Assembly (NCBI GenBank): GCA_021828005.1
Contig: JAKATJ010000005.1
Span: 1 to 49,892 of the forward strand
Direction of reading: 5' to 3'
DNA length: 49,892 nt
Source: Actinomycetes bacterium
Lineage (GTDB): Bacteria; Actinomycetota; Acidimicrobiia; Acidimicrobiales; RAAP-2
Position numbers and translations under genes: made by a program. Below are positions 8,424 to 21,215 of this stretch, one piece after another; position 1 is the stretch's first letter; each line of letters starts with the position of its first letter. A model generated the notes under the pieces. It worked only from the letters and a program-made list of their open reading frames with translations, was not told the DNA's origin and searched no databases.

Positions 8424-8888
8424 TCAGGCGCCACCCCTGCGCACGGCGAAGAACTCGCGCACCAGCCGCGCCGCGTCGTCGCCGAGGACGCCGCCGGTCA
8501 CCTGCAGCTCGTGGTTCAGCCGGGGGTCCGCGCAGAGGTTGTACAGCGAGCCGCACGCGCCCGCGCGGGGATCGGGGGCGCCGAAGACCAGCCGCCCCAC
8601 ACGAGCCGCGACGAGCGCGCCCGCGCACATGGGGCACGGCTCGAGCGTGACGACGATCGTCACGCTGCCCAGCCGCCACGTGCCGAGCGCTTCTGACGCG
8701 GCGCGCAGGGCTAGCAGCTCGGCGTGGGCGGTCGGGTCGCTGCGTCGCTCCCGCTCGTTGTGCGCCCGAGCCACCACCTCGCCTCCAGCCAGCGCGACCG
8801 CGCCGACAGGCACGTCGCCGTGCGCCGGCGCCGCTCGCGCCTCTTCGAGGGCGACTCTCATCGCGCCCTCGTCGGAGTCGACACGCAT
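8424..8888 (-). CDS. tadA: tRNA adenosine(34) deaminase TadA
   Basis: CDA zinc motifs HAELLAL (HAE) and TLEPCPMCAGAL (PCxxC). The start is either ATG 8888 or ATG 8861, which lie 27 nt apart inside a tandem duplication. The longer track ORF (to 8975) would overlap the upstream tRNA. Confidence 0.9.
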   Translation of the reverse strand: MRVDSDEGAMRVALEEARAAPAHGDVPVGAVALAGGEVVARAHNERERRSDPTAHAELLALRAASEALGTWRLGSVTIVVTLEPCPMCAGALVAARVGRLVFGAPDPRAGACGSLYNLCADPRLNHELQVTGGVLGDDAARLVREFFAVRRGGA

Positions 8889-8912
8889 CGCACCCTCGTC
8901 GGAGGCGACGCT
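8859..8912. repeat. 27-bp tandem duplication (2 copies, 23/27 identical) that includes the tadA start codon
   Basis: 8859-8885 is catcgcgccctcgtcggagtcgacacg and 8886-8912 is catcgcaccctcgtcggaggcgacgct. On the coding strand this encodes SDEGAMRV twice. Confidence 0.9.
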
Positions 8913-8933
8913 CGTGGGATGTTCGGACACAGG

Positions 8934-9018
8934 CGGAGGGAGTGGGATTCGAACCCACGGGGACCGGAGTCCCACGGCTTTTCAAGAGCCGCGCATTCGT
9001 CCGCTCTGCCATCCCTCC
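8934..9018 (-). tRNA. tRNA-Ser (anticodon TGA)
   Basis: The reverse complement is GGAGGGATGGCAGAGCGGACGAATGCGCGGCTCTTGAAAAGCCGTGGGACTCCGGTCCCCGTGGGTTCGAATCCCACTCCCTCCG. It has a CT-TGA-AA anticodon loop, a long variable arm and a GGTTCGAATCC T-loop. Confidence 0.9.
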
Positions 9019-9129
9019 TCCGCGGCTGCGGCGGTTGGTGGAGCGAGGCTAGCGCCGGTGCGGAGAATGGGCGATCCGGAGCACTCGAGTGGTAGATGTC
9101 GTCCGTCGAGGCGCTCGGGCGCGCCGGCA

Positions 9130-10989
9130 CTAGCTCCGCCCGGCTCCTGAGACGGGATCCCGTCCGGACCGGGCGCGGCTACGGAGGCGGCCGCGCCGCG
9201 AAGCGTCGAGCACGACCTTTCGGAGCCGCACCGCCTTGGGCGTCACCTCGACGCACTCGTCGTCGGCGATGAACTCGAGCGCCTGCTCCAACGAGAGGGG
9301 GATCGGCGGCGTCAGGCGTTCGAGCTCGTCAGCGGTCGAGGATCGCATGTTGGTCAGCTTCTTCTCCTTGCTTGGGTTCACGTCCATGTCGTCGGAGCGC
9401 GAGCTCTCACCGATGATCATCCCCTCGTAGACCGCCGTCGCGGGACCGACGAAGAGCGCGCCTCGCTCCTGGAGGTTCATCAGCGCGAACGTCGTCGACG
9501 TGCCCGTCCGGTCGGCGACCATCGAGCCGTTGCGTTTGGTGCGCAGCTCACCCTGCCAGGGTGCCCACCCGTCGAAGACGTGGTGGAGGACTCCCGTGCC
9601 GCGCGTCTCGGTGAGGAATTCAGTGCGGAACCCGACGAGCCCGCGGGCGGGCACACGGAAGTCGAGGCGGACCCATCCCGTCCCGTGGTTGACCATCTGG
9701 AGCAACTTCGCGCGCCGCAGCGCGAGCAGCTGGGTGACGATGCCGAGGTAGTCCTCTGGCACGTCGACCGCCACTCGCTCCATCGGCTCGCTCCGCACCC
9801 CCTCGATCTCCCTGGTGACGACCTGGGGCTTGCCGACGGTGAGCTCGAAGCCCTCACGACGCATCGTCTCGACCAGGACGGCGAGCTGCAGCTCGCCCCG
9901 GCCGTGCACCTCCCAGGCATCGGGCCGGTCCGTGGACGCCACGCGCAAGGACACGTTGCCGACCAGCTCTGCGTCGAGCCGGCTCTTCACAAGGCGCGCG
10001 GTGAGCTTCGTGCCGCCGTCCCTCCCCGCCAGAGGGGAGGTGTTGATGCCGATCGTCATCGTGAGGCTCGGCTCGTCTACGGTGATCGCCGGCAACGGCC
10101 GCGGGTCGTCCGGGTCGCCGATCGTCTCGCCGATCGTCACCTCCGCGATCCCTGCGACCGCGACGATCTCCCCTGGCCCCGCCTCCTCGGCGGGCACCCG
10201 TTCGAGCGCGTCGGTGACGTAGAGCTCCGTCACTTTCACCCGCTCGACCGTGCCGTCCAGCCTGCACCAGGCGACGACCGCGCCGCGCCGGATCGTCCCA
10301 TGGTGGACTCGGCAGATGGCGAGGCGACCGACGTAGGGCGAGGCGTCCAGGTTGCACACGAGCGCCTGCAGCGGCGCGCTCCGATCGTGCGTCGGAGCGG
10401 GGACGTGCTCGACGATCGCGTCGAACAGGGGCACCAGGTCTTCACCCTCCACATTCCGTTCGGTCGTCGCCCAACCCGCACGCGCGTTGGCGAAGAGGAT
10501 CGGGAAGGCGATCTGCTCTTCGTCGGCGTCGAGATCCAAGAAGAGCTCCTCCACCTCGTGGACGACCTCGTCGACACGGGCGTCGGGACGGTCGATCTTG
10601 TTCACGACGAGCACCACGGGGAGGCGCGCCTCGAGCGCCTTGCGCAGCACGAAGCGCGTCTGCGGCAGCGGACCTTCGGAGGCGTCGACCAGCAGCAGGA
10701 CCCCGTCGACCATCGTGAGACCCCGCTCGACTTCCCCTCCGAAGTCGGCATGACCAGGGGTGTCGACGATGTTGATCTTCACGTTGCCGTACCGCACGGC
10801 GGTGTTCTTGGCGAGGATCGTGATGCCCTTCTCGCGCTCGAGCTCGCCGGAGTCGAGGACTCGTTCCGCGACCTCCTGGTGCGGGCCGAACGCGCCGGTC
10901 TGGCGCAGCATCGCGTCGACCAGCGTCGTCTTGCCGTGGTCGACGTGCGCGACGATCGCCACGTTCCTGATGTTGGCTCGGGACTGCAT
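9130..10989 (-). CDS. typA: Translational GTPase TypA/BipA
   Basis: The internal Met gives [32 protein letters not shown], with G motifs [17 protein letters not shown] and NKIDR. Length is 619 aa. The upstream part of the 758-aa track ORF is Arg/Ser/Pro junk overlapping the next gene. Confidence 0.95.
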   Translation of the reverse strand: MQSRANIRNVAIVAHVDHGKTTLVDAMLRQTGAFGPHQEVAERVLDSGELEREKGITILAKNTAVRYGNVKINIVDTPGHADFGGEVERGLTMVDGVLLLVDASEGPLPQTRFVLRKALEARLPVVLVVNKIDRPDARVDEVVHEVEELFLDLDADEEQIAFPILFANARAGWATTERNVEGEDLVPLFDAIVEHVPAPTHDRSAPLQALVCNLDASPYVGRLAICRVHHGTIRRGAVVAWCRLDGTVERVKVTELYVTDALERVPAEEAGPGEIVAVAGIAEVTIGETIGDPDDPRPLPAITVDEPSLTMTIGINTSPLAGRDGGTKLTARLVKSRLDAELVGNVSLRVASTDRPDAWEVHGRGELQLAVLVETMRREGFELTVGKPQVVTREIEGVRSEPMERVAVDVPEDYLGIVTQLLALRRAKLLQMVNHGTGWVRLDFRVPARGLVGFRTEFLTETRGTGVLHHVFDGWAPWQGELRTKRNGSMVADRTGTSTTFALMNLQERGALFVGPATAVYEGMIIGESSRSDDMDVNPSKEKKLTNMRSSTADELERLTPPIPLSLEQALEFIADDECVEVTPKAVRLRKVVLDASRRGRLRSRARSGRDPVSGAGRS

Positions 10990-11002
10990 GGGCCCTGCCA
11001 CG

Positions 11003-12067
11003 CTAGTGGCGGCCGCCCCACCCTCCCGGCGCGCTCGCGCTGAGCAGCGCGCGGGCCGTTTCGACCACAGCGTCGGCCGTGGCGACGAGCGTCCCGGCAT
11101 CGACGAGGACGACCCAGGTCTTGCCGCAGTCCGGCCACCAGCCGATGACCCGAGGGGGGACGGGGGCGGGCTCCTGCGGACGCCGAGCGCAGAGCCCGTC
11201 CACGAGCGCGCCCAGGAGCAGGGCTTGACGTGTGGCGGCGCCGGGCGACCCGTCCAGGACGAGGAGGAGAGCACCGCGCACGCCGTCGCGCCCCGGCTCC
11301 ACCGTGACGCGGATGTCCGCGCGCCCGCGAACCGCGACCCTGCACGTCGCCGAGGGGCTGCTCCAGCGCCACCACCGGTCGGGGCCACCGACCACGAGGC
11401 GGTCATGAGGGAGGCGACCCCAGTCAGCGGCGGTCCAGAGCCTGGTGGCCCACGCCGTCGCCTCGGCCGCCACGACGGCGCGGGCGGGAGGCGCGAGGGA
11501 GGCGATCCAGTCGGCGGCCGCCCCGGGACCCCCCCGCCCGACGCCGAGCGGACCGCACGGGTCGGCCATCACCGCCGCGACCGCGTCGGCAGGCGTCGCC
11601 GCGCGGCCGTCGAGCCCGGCGCGAAGCGCTGCAAGGCCGATCAGTCGACGCGCGGCACGCGAGGTCCAGCGGAACGGGGAACCTGGCCCGTCGCGCACTC
11701 CTGCCCCGGACCGAGTGAGCGTCGGGGCCCCTTGGCCCGCCCGTGCGACTTGGTAGTGCCCGATGCGAAGGAGGGGCAGCGGAGCGGACGACGCCGGTAC
11801 TCCATGTCCCGCGCCTGTGTTCGCGACCCTGGCGAGGCCGTCCTCGAGACGTCTGCGCGCGTCCGCGACGGCGAGAGCGAGCGAATCGCAGGGGGCGGCG
11901 ACGGCGAGCAGCGCGTCACTGAGTGCGCCGGACCGTGGAAGGCCGACGGCGATGGTCGAGGCGGCGATCGTCCGCGCTCGGGGTGGACTGCCCACGAGGG
12001 CCGAATGGTCGCCGGCTCTGACCGAACGGGGCTCAGCCGACGCGGACATCGCGCGCACGCTTCTCAC
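11003..12067 (-). CDS. Hypothetical protein B, PD-(D/E)XK-nuclease-like C-terminal fold lacking the catalytic Lys
   Basis: It ends 13 nt before typA on the same strand. The C-terminal segment [55 protein letters not shown] follows the GRxDhh / hhhDYKTG / QLxxY / beta-hairpin order of RecB/Cas4-type nucleases, but with DGSPG in place of DYKTG. The start is uncertain (12067, 12049 or later). Confidence 0.55.
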   Translation of the reverse strand: MRSVRAMSASAEPRSVRAGDHSALVGSPPRARTIAASTIAVGLPRSGALSDALLAVAAPCDSLALAVADARRRLEDGLARVANTGAGHGVPASSAPLPLLRIGHYQVARAGQGAPTLTRSGAGVRDGPGSPFRWTSRAARRLIGLAALRAGLDGRAATPADAVAAVMADPCGPLGVGRGGPGAAADWIASLAPPARAVVAAEATAWATRLWTAADWGRLPHDRLVVGGPDRWWRWSSPSATCRVAVRGRADIRVTVEPGRDGVRGALLLVLDGSPGAATRQALLLGALVDGLCARRPQEPAPVPPRVIGWWPDCGKTWVVLVDAGTLVATADAVVETARALLSASAPGGWGGRH

Positions 12068-12998
12068 AATCTTGTCGATCTCCAGGTTCCCTACGGTGAC
12101 AAGAGCCCCCTCGCTCCGGAGACTCGTCAGGGTCCCGCTCGCCAGGTCCTGGATCCCGAGACGCTCTCAACGCACGGAGCACGTCGCGCACCCCTTCCAC
12201 GAGGAGCTCCTCCCCTGCGTCTTCGCACCGCAGCCGAGCCGTGCTCGGGTCGTAGCTCGCAACCCGCAAGGGGTGCGCGCCGCTGCGCAGGGTCTCTGCG
12301 AGTGCGAGCGCCCTGAGCGTGCGGCCAACAGGGTCGTCACCTGCGCGCCCACCCTGACCGTCGTGCACCCTGACGGCACAGACCGACGCAGTGCCCGCCG
12401 ACGGGCGTCCGAGGACGAGGTCGGCGGTCGAGGTGATGACGACGGCCCCGCCGGCGAGCGGAACCCGCATGCGCTCGCCGACGCGCGGCAACCACGCGTG
12501 CGGGACCGGTCGCCACTGGGCGGCCATCGCCGCTGCGTGGGCACGGAGCGTGGCGCGGAGCATGGCGCGGTCGCGCGTTGGCAGACGGCGGATCGCGTCG
12601 ATGACGACAGGGCCGCGGTCGGTCACCGAGATCGCGCAGAGCGCGTCCTCGAAGGGATGGCGAGGCGGACCGTCGGTGACGGTGAGGCGGAAGGTCGCTC
12701 GGGTGAGGCACGCCTGGAGCTCCAAGACCCCGATCCTGGAGCGCCAGGCCCGCATCCTGGGCACAAGCATCCCGTCGCGCACGACGACGGGCCTCCGCCC
12801 GCCCGCGGACCCGCCCGCTCCGGACCCGCCCGCGCACGCCGAGTCTTCGAGCCACGCGCGCAGCCCGCCCGCCAGGCACTCGTCCACCACGGGCCGCGGG
12901 GTCGACGTCGAGCGGAGGCAGTCGAGGAGATCGCCCTCCTCCGCCCCTGCGCAGCCTCCAGCCGTGCTCGTCACCGAGCTCGAGGTGACGGGTGTCAT
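12033..12998 (-). CDS. Hypothetical protein A, paralog of the downstream gene (degenerate PD-(D/E)XK-like)
   Basis: From the Met at 12998: MTPVTSSSVTS... The C-terminal part AVVITSTADLVLGRP..SVCAVRVHDGQGG..RTLRALALAETL..PLRVASYDPSTARLRCED has the same motif order as protein B. The 3' end overlaps the B start by up to 35 nt. Confidence 0.55.
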   Translation of the reverse strand: MTPVTSSSVTSTAGGCAGAEEGDLLDCLRSTSTPRPVVDECLAGGLRAWLEDSACAGGSGAGGSAGGRRPVVVRDGMLVPRMRAWRSRIGVLELQACLTRATFRLTVTDGPPRHPFEDALCAISVTDRGPVVIDAIRRLPTRDRAMLRATLRAHAAAMAAQWRPVPHAWLPRVGERMRVPLAGGAVVITSTADLVLGRPSAGTASVCAVRVHDGQGGRAGDDPVGRTLRALALAETLRSGAHPLRVASYDPSTARLRCEDAGEELLVEGVRDVLRALRASRDPGPGERDPDESPERGGSCHRREPGDRQDCEKRARDVRVG

Positions 12999-13053
12999 GG
13001 TCACGTGCACAGCGTGCCCTGGGGGTGTGACGCGGTCCGGACCTTCCCCTAGC

Positions 13054-13098
13054 CTCGGGACCATGGTGCTCGGGACCATGATGCTCGGGACCGAGGTC
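13054..13098. repeat. 15-bp tandem repeat x3 spanning the start codons of the small membrane protein
   Basis: The copies are ctcgggaccatggtg / ctcgggaccatgatg / ctcgggaccgaggtc, encoding (L)GTMV LGTMM LGTEV. Confidence 0.9.
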
Positions 13099-13488
13099 CT
13101 CGCCGTCGGTGGAGGCGCCGCGTTCGTCGTCGTGTTCGGTGTATTTCTCGCGGCGCTCGTGGTCCTTGCGGTCGTGACCCTGCGATGGGCGGTGCGTCGC
13201 GACCGGAAGGGGCGTGCCGAGTGGGCCGCGCGCTCGTCGGCGGCGGCGGCGCAATCGCAGGTTGAGTCTGCGCTGGCGGGCCGGAGCAACGGTCACGCCC
13301 CACGTCGGCCCGGTCAAGGCCCGCGTCGAGTCGGGCATGACCGCAAGCCTGGTCGCCGTGGCGCGCCCGGCGAAGGTGGCGCGCCCGGCGAAGGTGGCAC
13401 GCCCGGCGAAGGTGGCGCGCCCGGCGAAGGTGGCGCGCCCGGCGCGAGGGGTTCACCTCGACGCCGGGACCCGCGCGCTGGCAGGTGA
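13063..13488 (+). CDS. Small single-pass membrane protein with a C-terminal (GAPGEG)n repeat
   Basis: This is the last 141 codons of the 12391..13488 track ORF. It has one clear TM helix (LAVGGGAAFVVVFGVFLAALVVLAVVTL) followed by RWAVRRDRK, then a basic linker and the GAPGEG repeats. Its stop overlaps the patatin GTG (GTGA at 13485-13488). Confidence 0.55.
   Translation: MVLGTMMLGTEVLAVGGGAAFVVVFGVFLAALVVLAVVTLRWAVRRDRKGRAEWAARSSAAAAQSQVESALAGRSNGHAPRRPGQGPRRVGHDRKPGRRGAPGEGGAPGEGGTPGEGGAPGEGGAPGARGSPRRRDPRAGR
13358..13445. repeat. 18-bp tandem repeat, ~4.8 copies (gtggcgcgcccggcgaag)
   Basis: Copies lie at 13358, 13376, 13394 (1 mismatch), 13412 and 13430 (partial). The repeat is in frame in the membrane-protein ORF, encoding GAPGEG/GTPGEG. 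Confidence 0.95.
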
Positions 13489-14530
13489 GTGTCCGGCGCG
13501 ACGGCGACGGACCCGGGTCCATGTGGTGGGACCGGTTCGCCCGCCGCCGGCAGATGCCGCAGGGGTCGGGTCCGCCCCTCACGGCTTTCGTGCTCGCAGG
13601 AGGTGGAAGCCGGGGCGCGGTGCAGGTCGGCATGCTGGCGGAGCTCGTCGACCGCGGCGTTCGCGCGGACCGTGTGTACGGCGCATCCGTCGGTGCGGTC
13701 AACGGCGCCGCCTATGCGGGCGATCCGACCCCGTCCGGCATGGAGCACCTCCAACGAATCTGGCACGGTCTCTCGGGCGACACGATCTTCCCCCGTGGCC
13801 GGGCGCACGGACCCTGGACGTTCTTCCAGCACCGGCAGGCGGTGCATGCGAACACGGGGCTCCGCCGGATCCTCGAGGAAGGGCTGCGCTTCGATCGGCT
13901 GGAGGACGCGGCCGTCCCGCTCGAAGTCGTCGCGACCTCGCTGCACGACGGCCTCGAGCGCTGGCTCACCGAGGGGCCCGTTGTCGAGGCCGTGCTCGCC
14001 TCTGCGGCGATCCCCGCGATGTTCCCGCCGGTCCACATCGGCGGCGAGCTCCTCATCGACGGCGGTGTTGTCGACAATGTGCCGATCAGCCGGGCGATCG
14101 ACGCGGGCGCGACCCGCGTGTACGTGCTCTTGTGCGGGCCGCTCCACTACCGGCCCAGGCCGGCGCGCCGCCCGGTCGAGGCAGTGCTGACGGGCTTCTT
14201 CGTCGCGGTGCACGCGCGTTTCGCGCGTGAGCTCGCGATGGTCCCTTCGGGCGTGGAGGTCACGGTCTTCAGCGGCGGTGGGGAACCCTCCGCGGACTAC
14301 CGGGACTTCTCCGGCACCCCCGAGCTCATCGCGGCAGGGCGGGCCGAGGTTGCTGCGGTCCTGGACGCCCACGGCGGCGCGGCAGACCACAGCGGCGCGG
14401 CAGACCACGGCGGCGCGGCAGACCACGGCGGCGCGGCAGACCACGGCGGCGCCTCGGGCGCAGCGCCACGTGCCCGTCGCGCGCCCCCGCCGGCGCGACA
14501 GTCGCAGCCGCCTGGTGGAATGGCGTCCAC

Positions 14531-14534
<4 letters not shown>
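13485..14534 (+). CDS. Patatin-like phospholipase
   Basis: It carries the oxyanion motif AGGGSRGA, the nucleophile elbow GASVG (GxSxG) and the catalytic Asp in IDGGVVDNVP. The C-terminal tail has (HGGAAD)x4. An alternative start is the downstream Met (MWWDRF). Confidence 0.85.
14370..14452. repeat. 18-bp tandem repeat, ~4.6 copies (cacggcggcgcggcagac)
   Basis: Copies lie at 14370, 14388 (1 mismatch), 14406, 14424 and 14442 (partial). The repeat is in frame as HGGAAD/HSGAAD in the patatin C-terminus. Confidence 0.95.
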
Positions 14535-18958
<4,424 letters not shown>

Positions 18959-19080
18959 GCCTTCGCGGTGATCCTGTGGGCCAGCTTGGGGGTCCTCGCC
19001 GAAGCTCCGCCGGCGCGGGACTGCGGGGGCCGCGGCCTCCGGCCCGAACCTCTGTGCCGCTGGGCTGGGCTACGCCGGGG

Positions 19081-21114
19081 CTATGCCGTCGCAGCAGTGC
19101 CGAGGCTCGTGGTCGCCGACCCGGTGTCAGCGGGCTCCGTTGTTGGCGCGGAACCGGCCGCGGCGGGCGCGGTCCCGGCGCCGTCGGCGGGCGCGCCATC
19201 GGGGGTCCTGTCCGAAGCGGTCCCGGCGCCGTCGGCGGGCGCTGCGACGGGTGTGAGATCGGGCCGTGCGGGGCGAGAGACGTCCCGGTCCCTTGACGCG
19301 GGGTTCGAGGCGGCCTGCGGGGTCCCGCCCGCCCTGCTGCCGGCCGAGCGGGCACCGACGCGTGGGGGACGCGGGTACACAGGAGAGGCGGCGACCGCCT
19401 CGGCATGGCGCCGTGCCTTCGCGATTGCCGCCTCGAGCTCCCGCCACGTCCTGCCGCGCAGGACCCTCAGCCTCTTTCCCGCGATCTCACGAAGGCGCGC
19501 CGACTCTTGGCGGTAGCGCTCGGCGAGCCCGCCCATGACGAAGACCGTCGCGGGCGGGAGGGGCCCGCCCGGCGGCGTCGGTCCGGTTGCGAGCGCAAGA
19601 AGGCGAAGCGAGGCGACCTCAGCGTCCTGTATTCGCCCGAGGATGTCCTGGAGCTGGGTCAACGTCTTGGCAAAGCGCACGGCGGGTTGACCGTAGAGCG
19701 CGGACGTGAACTCGAGGGTGTAGCGGAGCCGCTTCCCGCGGATGCGGGCACGGTGGAAGTCGTGCGCGGTCTGCGATCGGTGCGCCCGTTTCGCCGCGGC
19801 GCGCATGGCGCGGTGGCGTTGCTCGCAGAGGGGCGACGCCGCGATCGCGGCGGCGACGCGCGTGCCGGGTACGCGCCTGCTCGGCCCCTGGCGCGCGAGC
19901 GCGACGAGCGCAGCCGCGAGCCGCTCCCAGCGGGGGGAGTCGAGGGCGTCGAGCAGGCTCCTTCTCGCCTCTTCCCGCTGGGTCTCGAGGAGGGCCCGGA
20001 GGTGGGCGAGAGCGGTGCCGTGCTCGTCGCCCGCCCACCCTTCGGACCACCGACCCAGCTGCGCCATGTCCGAGAGCTGCACGTCGAGGTCCCGCACGGC
20101 CCCGAGCTCGGCGGCGATCCATCGCAGCTCCTCGCGCACGGCCGCGGCCCGCGCCGGAAGCGCGGACGCAAAGACGTCCAGCGCGGCACGCAGCCGGCGC
20201 GTCGCGACGCGCATGTCGTGGAGCTCCTCGGGGTCTTCGCCCAGGCGGGTGCCCGGCTCGTGCGAGAAGAGCTCACGGGCCTGCTTGCGGATCACGGCGT
20301 AGGCGAGGTCGCCCATCGTCGCGTTGGGCGGGATGTCGGTGGACCCCAGGTCCGGAGGGCCCGGTACGGACAGGCCTGCAGCGAGCAGCCCGGCCTCGAA
20401 CTTGGAGAGCGCCGCGGGGCTCATCCCGGCCGAGTCGCGCAGGTCGGTTACGACCGGCGCGAGCGTGTCGAGCCAACCTGGCGCGACCTCCACCTCCACC
20501 CTCCGAAGCCGCGCGGGCGCCTGGTGGGGGCCAACCACGATCGTGGTGTCGTCGAGCGCGACCTCCGCGACCTCGACGCCCGCCGTTCGCAACGAGAAGG
20601 GCTGGCGCCGCGTGCGGACCTCCAGCACCTGCACCAGCGGTCGTCGCCCCGCCACTGCGTGCACGCGTCGTCCGACTGGGCCGCTCGGCCCCAGCGCGGA
20701 CAGCCCGGAGGGGAGCGACTCGGTGAGCTCGAGACGTCGCCGCAACCCACCGGGCTCCGCGGGGCGCGTCTCTTTCAGCGTCACTTCGACGGCGCGCCCG
20801 CGTTGGCGCGTCCGCAGCACGAACCCCGCCTGCCCGACGCGCCAGTCCGCCGTGTCCACGTAGCGGTCGACGAGGCGGCGCGTCGGCTTGGCGAGGACAG
20901 TGAGGGTCGGCACGTCGGCGTAGAAGCGGGTCGGGAGCGCTGCGAGCCAGCGTTCGACGGGTCGGAGGTCCAATGCGTCGAATTGCCACTCGACCTCGGT
21001 GGTGCCCGCGCCGGCCGGTCCGGCGGATCCGGCCTTTGCCGCAGTCCCATCGGGTCTCTCCGCAGCCCCGTCGGGTCTCTCCGCAGCCCCGGCCACCCCG
21101 TCCTCGTCGCTCAT
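19081..21114 (-). CDS. CYTH-domain plus CHAD-domain protein with a disordered Ala/Pro/Gly tail
   Basis: From the Met at 21114 (MSDEDG...). The CYTH-like N-terminus is TEVEWQFDA (the ExExK position reads EVEWQ). The CHAD helices carry the typical HDMRVATRRLRAALDVF and HRARIRGKRLRYTLEF motifs. Confidence 0.8.
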   Translation of the reverse strand: MSDEDGVAGAAERPDGAAERPDGTAAKAGSAGPAGAGTTEVEWQFDALDLRPVERWLAALPTRFYADVPTLTVLAKPTRRLVDRYVDTADWRVGQAGFVLRTRQRGRAVEVTLKETRPAEPGGLRRRLELTESLPSGLSALGPSGPVGRRVHAVAGRRPLVQVLEVRTRRQPFSLRTAGVEVAEVALDDTTIVVGPHQAPARLRRVEVEVAPGWLDTLAPVVTDLRDSAGMSPAALSKFEAGLLAAGLSVPGPPDLGSTDIPPNATMGDLAYAVIRKQARELFSHEPGTRLGEDPEELHDMRVATRRLRAALDVFASALPARAAAVREELRWIAAELGAVRDLDVQLSDMAQLGRWSEGWAGDEHGTALAHLRALLETQREEARRSLLDALDSPRWERLAAALVALARQGPSRRVPGTRVAAAIAASPLCEQRHRAMRAAAKRAHRSQTAHDFHRARIRGKRLRYTLEFTSALYGQPAVRFAKTLTQLQDILGRIQDAEVASLRLLALATGPTPPGGPLPPATVFVMGGLAERYRQESARLREIAGKRLRVLRGRTWRELEAAIAKARRHAEAVAASPVYPRPPRVGARSAGSRAGGTPQAASNPASRDRDVSRPARPDLTPVAAPADGAGTASDRTPDGAPADGAGTAPAAAGSAPTTEPADTGSATTSLGTAATA
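19168..19241. repeat. 26-nt exact direct repeat with a 48-nt period in the CYTH-CHAD C-terminal tail
   Basis: gcggtcccggcgccgtcggcgggcgc occurs at 19168-19193 and at 19216-19241. It encodes APADGAGTA twice. Confidence 0.9.
21041..21090. repeat. 21-bp tandem repeat, ~2.4 copies, at the CYTH-CHAD N-terminus
   Basis: The copies are gcagtcccatcgggtctctcc / gcagccccgtcgggtctctcc / gcagcccc.. The repeat encodes AAERPDG twice. Confidence 0.9.
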
Positions 21115-21215
21115 CCGGAGCGAGGCTACTTCGACGGCCGCCGGCCACGTGACGGTCCACGTCCCCAGGCCGTTCGACGCGAGTCGAGAGACGGTGAGGC
21201 TCGCAGGAAGGCGGA

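Noticed and set aside
8889-8975. N-terminal extension of the tadA ORF (track start 8975)
   Set aside because: It would overlap tRNA-Ser(TGA) at 8934-9018. The deaminase domain begins after the Met codons at 8888/8861.
10990-11406. N-terminal extension of the typA track ORF (758 aa)
   Set aside because: It overlaps the upstream hypothetical gene out of frame and is low-complexity. TypA homology starts at [21 protein letters not shown].
12391-13062. Upstream two-thirds of the 365-aa plus-strand ORF 12391..13488
   Set aside because: This part is antisense to nuclease-like gene A and has no features. Only the last 141 codons, from ATG 13063 with the TM helix and the GTGA junction, look like a gene.
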